A stretch of DNA of 64,000 bases, taken from the IMG/VR virus record IMGVR_UViG_3300017655_000001, positions 23,439 to 87,438 of that record, one strand, 5' to 3'. The notes below the pieces were generated by a model. The model was not told the DNA's origin. It made no database searches and was given only the letters and a program-made list of their open reading frames with translations. Positions 61,784 through 64,000 of the stretch are shown piece after piece (within the stretch, counting starts at the first letter, position 1; each line of letters begins with the position of its first letter). The translations under genes were made by a program, and so were the position numbers. This stretch comes from a virus (Duplodnaviria > Caudoviricetes).

Positions 61784-62689
61784 TTCGTTATTGTCCTCTT
61801 TAGACAGAGAGAAAAGTTTATTTTTCAACACAGAATTATTACTTCCTTTATTAGCCTGAGCAGTGTCAGCCAAGTACATGTAAAAGTCCTCAACGGACAT
61901 AACTTTATCTGCTAGACCAAGTTGCAAGGCTTTCTCAGGAAGGAAAGTTTTCGCCTCTGTTGATCTAACTTTATCTACCGACATATTGCGATGTTCTGCA
62001 ACAAAACCAGTAAATTCTTCATACAAGACATCTACCTTATCTTGAATGTCTTCAAGGAATTCTTTACGAAATTCCCCATCTTCCCCAAAGGGAACCTTAC
62101 TAGCACCAGCCTTAATGAATGTACGTTGATAGCCATTCATCTCCAGTGCTTTGCTGTCGTTCATCAACCTCACAACTACACCAATCGAACCTACTTCAGC
62201 ACTTGGTGCCATAATGATTTCATCAGAGATGGAAGCAAGGCCGTACATTGCGCTGGCGGCCAATCCATCCACGTAGGTTATAATCTTTACACCGTTTGCA
62301 TCTGCAAGCTTACGAATATACGATGCTGTTGGGAAAAGCTGGAAAGCTTCACCGCCCGGTGAGTCAGCATTGAAAGCAACCGTCTTAACACCTTGCTCTA
62401 CAAGATATGTAAAGTCTTCTTTAAGTGTTTGATAGCTAGCTCCACCACAATCCATACCCATAAAGGTGATTGGTTTATAAGTGAGCGGACCTTCAATATC
62501 CATCACAGCTACTTGCATATCTGGATTATAAGAGTAACGAGAATTGCTTTCAGAAGGACCACCGCCAGATTCAATATCTTCTTCGCAACGTGCGTTTAGA
62601 TATTCAACAATAGATTCAAACTGACTTACTTGCATGAGTTGAGGAGTATTAAACACCTTACTCCGCAATCTAAATAGAGTATGTGACAT
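61319..62689 (-). CDS. S49-family prohead protease with C-terminal scaffolding domain
   Basis: DSPGG, AASAMY, GSIGV, K.PF; AAGGAG RBS at ATG 62689. Confidence 0.9.
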   Translation of the reverse strand: MSHTLFRLRSKVFNTPQLMQVSQFESIVEYLNARCEEDIESGGGPSESNSRYSYNPDMQVAVMDIEGPLTYKPITFMGMDCGGASYQTLKEDFTYLVEQGVKTVAFNADSPGGEAFQLFPTASYIRKLADANGVKIITYVDGLAASAMYGLASISDEIIMAPSAEVGSIGVVVRLMNDSKALEMNGYQRTFIKAGASKVPFGEDGEFRKEFLEDIQDKVDVLYEEFTGFVAEHRNMSVDKVRSTEAKTFLPEKALQLGLADKVMSVEDFYMYLADTAQANKGSNNSVLKNKLFSLSKEDNNEMTQLADMQAQLEALTTELSTAQLAVAELASTKEAMATLQAAFAEKETALAEALEQVKQMEAVKEQMKAQARKDKLSAVMAADKVEAVQASLSTLDDQAFETVLAGFAQQKQALEASELMQELGGEGGEVKAESQEEDKARLTTETLLKQKLGLK

Positions 62690-62700
62690 TAACACTCCTT

Positions 62701-64000
62701 TTACGTGTTTTCATTATTTGATGTTGAGCTATCGCCTGATGATCCGGTGTTATTACCAGTTCCAGAAGGAAGACCTGAAGCCATACCTTCTCCGGCACCA
62801 GTTGTAACAGGACTAAGCTCTTCAGCTAATTCTTCTGATGATTTATCTTCATCTACCGCGTATGGGATATCTGCTTGACGCATTACCCAGTTAACAGTTT
62901 CTGGAACCTTTGGCATCATACCAACTGCTGTTACACGCTGGACAAACTTGCCAATCTCATCAAGAGACTCTTTAGATACGCTACCGTAATCAAAATATGG
63001 CATGACATCTGTTGACCAACCGTTTAGCTCAAACAATTGCTTAAGTAAGTCATGGTTAAGTTGTGCTTTGATTTCCATTAATTTAGATTCAATAGCCATT
63101 TCAACAACACTTACTTTTGTCTCAGCAAGACTAAACGAACCTGAACCATTAGAACCAAGTGACAAGAAATCAGCAAACAGGCAGGTTAGAATCTCAGCAT
63201 TATAGTGATCAATAATCTCTTTTGTATTATAAGATTTTTGACCCGTAACACTCTTAATATCAAACTCAAACATCTTTTGACCAGACTGGTCTACAATCAG
63301 AGGGAGAATGATGCCTGATTGCTTAGCTTGATGCATGTTCGCCATAATCTTTTGATATTCAGCGAACACGGCTTTATCTTGCTCTGTTGCATCAGCTTTA
63401 AGGTATTGGGGAGGAAGGTAAAGAACTTTGAATCCGTTAGCATCTTGTGCTACTGCAATTGCAAGGCTTTCTTCGTAAGCTTTCTTGTATTTCCAAGCTT
63501 GCCAACATCCGTTAAGAGGTGAAATACCAACTGGCGACTCTTTCAACGGGTTGTTACGGAAAAGCATAAATTTCTTACGAGGGATAAACTTTCTTACAGT
63601 CTCTTCACCGTATACAAAATCCCAACCTTGGTAGTCTTCTGGTTGACCGGGAACAACTACGTTCTGGTAAAGACCGGCAAGCTCACGACCTTTGTTCTTC
63701 CATTTCCAACCGTCAATCGAGTCTTGAGAACGGATAGGAAGCTTTTTGATTCCTACAAGACCATCATTGTATTTGCTACCTTTTTCTTTTCGGCGATATC
63801 GGTAAACTTTTTCGATGGTACAGAAGCCGTAACGGTTAAAGCTTACAACTTGTTTAATAAATGACTGGAAGTCATGTTCCATATCATTGATGCACTGCCT
63901 AACAAAATTTGCCTTTTCAGCAAGCTCTTCCTCATATCCTTCGGGGATCTTGATAGTCCATGGAACTCGTGCAATCATCATCTCAACAAGTTCGAGGGCA
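62701..64000 (-). CDS. portal protein (5' end beyond window)
   Basis: GFCTIEKVY, P.GISPLNGC..AW.YK, IIDHYNAEIL; frame runs off window edge. Confidence 0.85.
   Translation of the reverse strand, partial: ALELVEMMIARVPWTIKIPEGYEEELAEKANFVRQCINDMEHDFQSFIKQVVSFNRYGFCTIEKVYRYRRKEKGSKYNDGLVGIKKLPIRSQDSIDGWKWKNKGRELAGLYQNVVVPGQPEDYQGWDFVYGEETVRKFIPRKKFMLFRNNPLKESPVGISPLNGCWQAWKYKKAYEESLAIAVAQDANGFKVLYLPPQYLKADATEQDKAVFAEYQKIMANMHQAKQSGIILPLIVDQSGQKMFEFDIKSVTGQKSYNTKEIIDHYNAEILTCLFADFLSLGSNGSGSFSLAETKVSVVEMAIESKLMEIKAQLNHDLLKQLFELNGWSTDVMPYFDYGSVSKESLDEIGKFVQRVTAVGMMPKVPETVNWVMRQADIPYAVDEDKSSEELAEELSPVTTGAGEGMASGLPSGTGNNTGSSGDSSTSNNENT

Noticed and set aside
1-64000. CRISPR array, integrase/repressor, rRNA, IS element
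   Set aside because: No regularly spaced direct repeats, recombinase or transposase motifs, or rRNA-like sequence were seen by eye. A formal scan was not run.

Overview
The window is 64 kb of a strictly lytic, contractile-tailed dsDNA phage (myovirus, Caudoviricetes). The host is probably a Gammaproteobacterium such as Pseudomonas, but this is an inference. Four blocks are visible. (1) 1-4800 (+): small hypothetical genes ending in a chimeric double-HNH nuclease. (2) 5093-17100 (-): an early/host-takeover region driven by a series of sigma70-like promoters. It holds a C5-cytosine methyltransferase gene that is fully dual-coded in two overlapping frames, a deaminase-fold protein, a CX5R phosphatase and an exonuclease-less Pol A/T7-RNAP-like polymerase. 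(3) 17400-37983 (+): replication and nucleotide metabolism (primase-helicase, family A DNA polymerase, SSB, nucleases, ThyX, NrdAB). (4) 38089-64000 (-): lysis cassette, tailspike/fibre, baseplate, tape measure, tail tube/sheath, neck, capsid, protease/scaffold and a portal truncated by the window end. Six free-standing homing-endonuclease-like genes (HNH, GIY-YIG, LAGLIDADG) are present. Three of them sit in the late operon, each with its own promoter and an RBS-occluding inverted repeat (clear in two cases, weaker in the third). One carries a duplicate of the ThyX N-terminus. I saw no tRNA, rRNA, CRISPR array, integrase, intein or intron. All functional calls come from motifs read by eye, and no database searches were run. 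Most ORFs under 60 aa are not listed.
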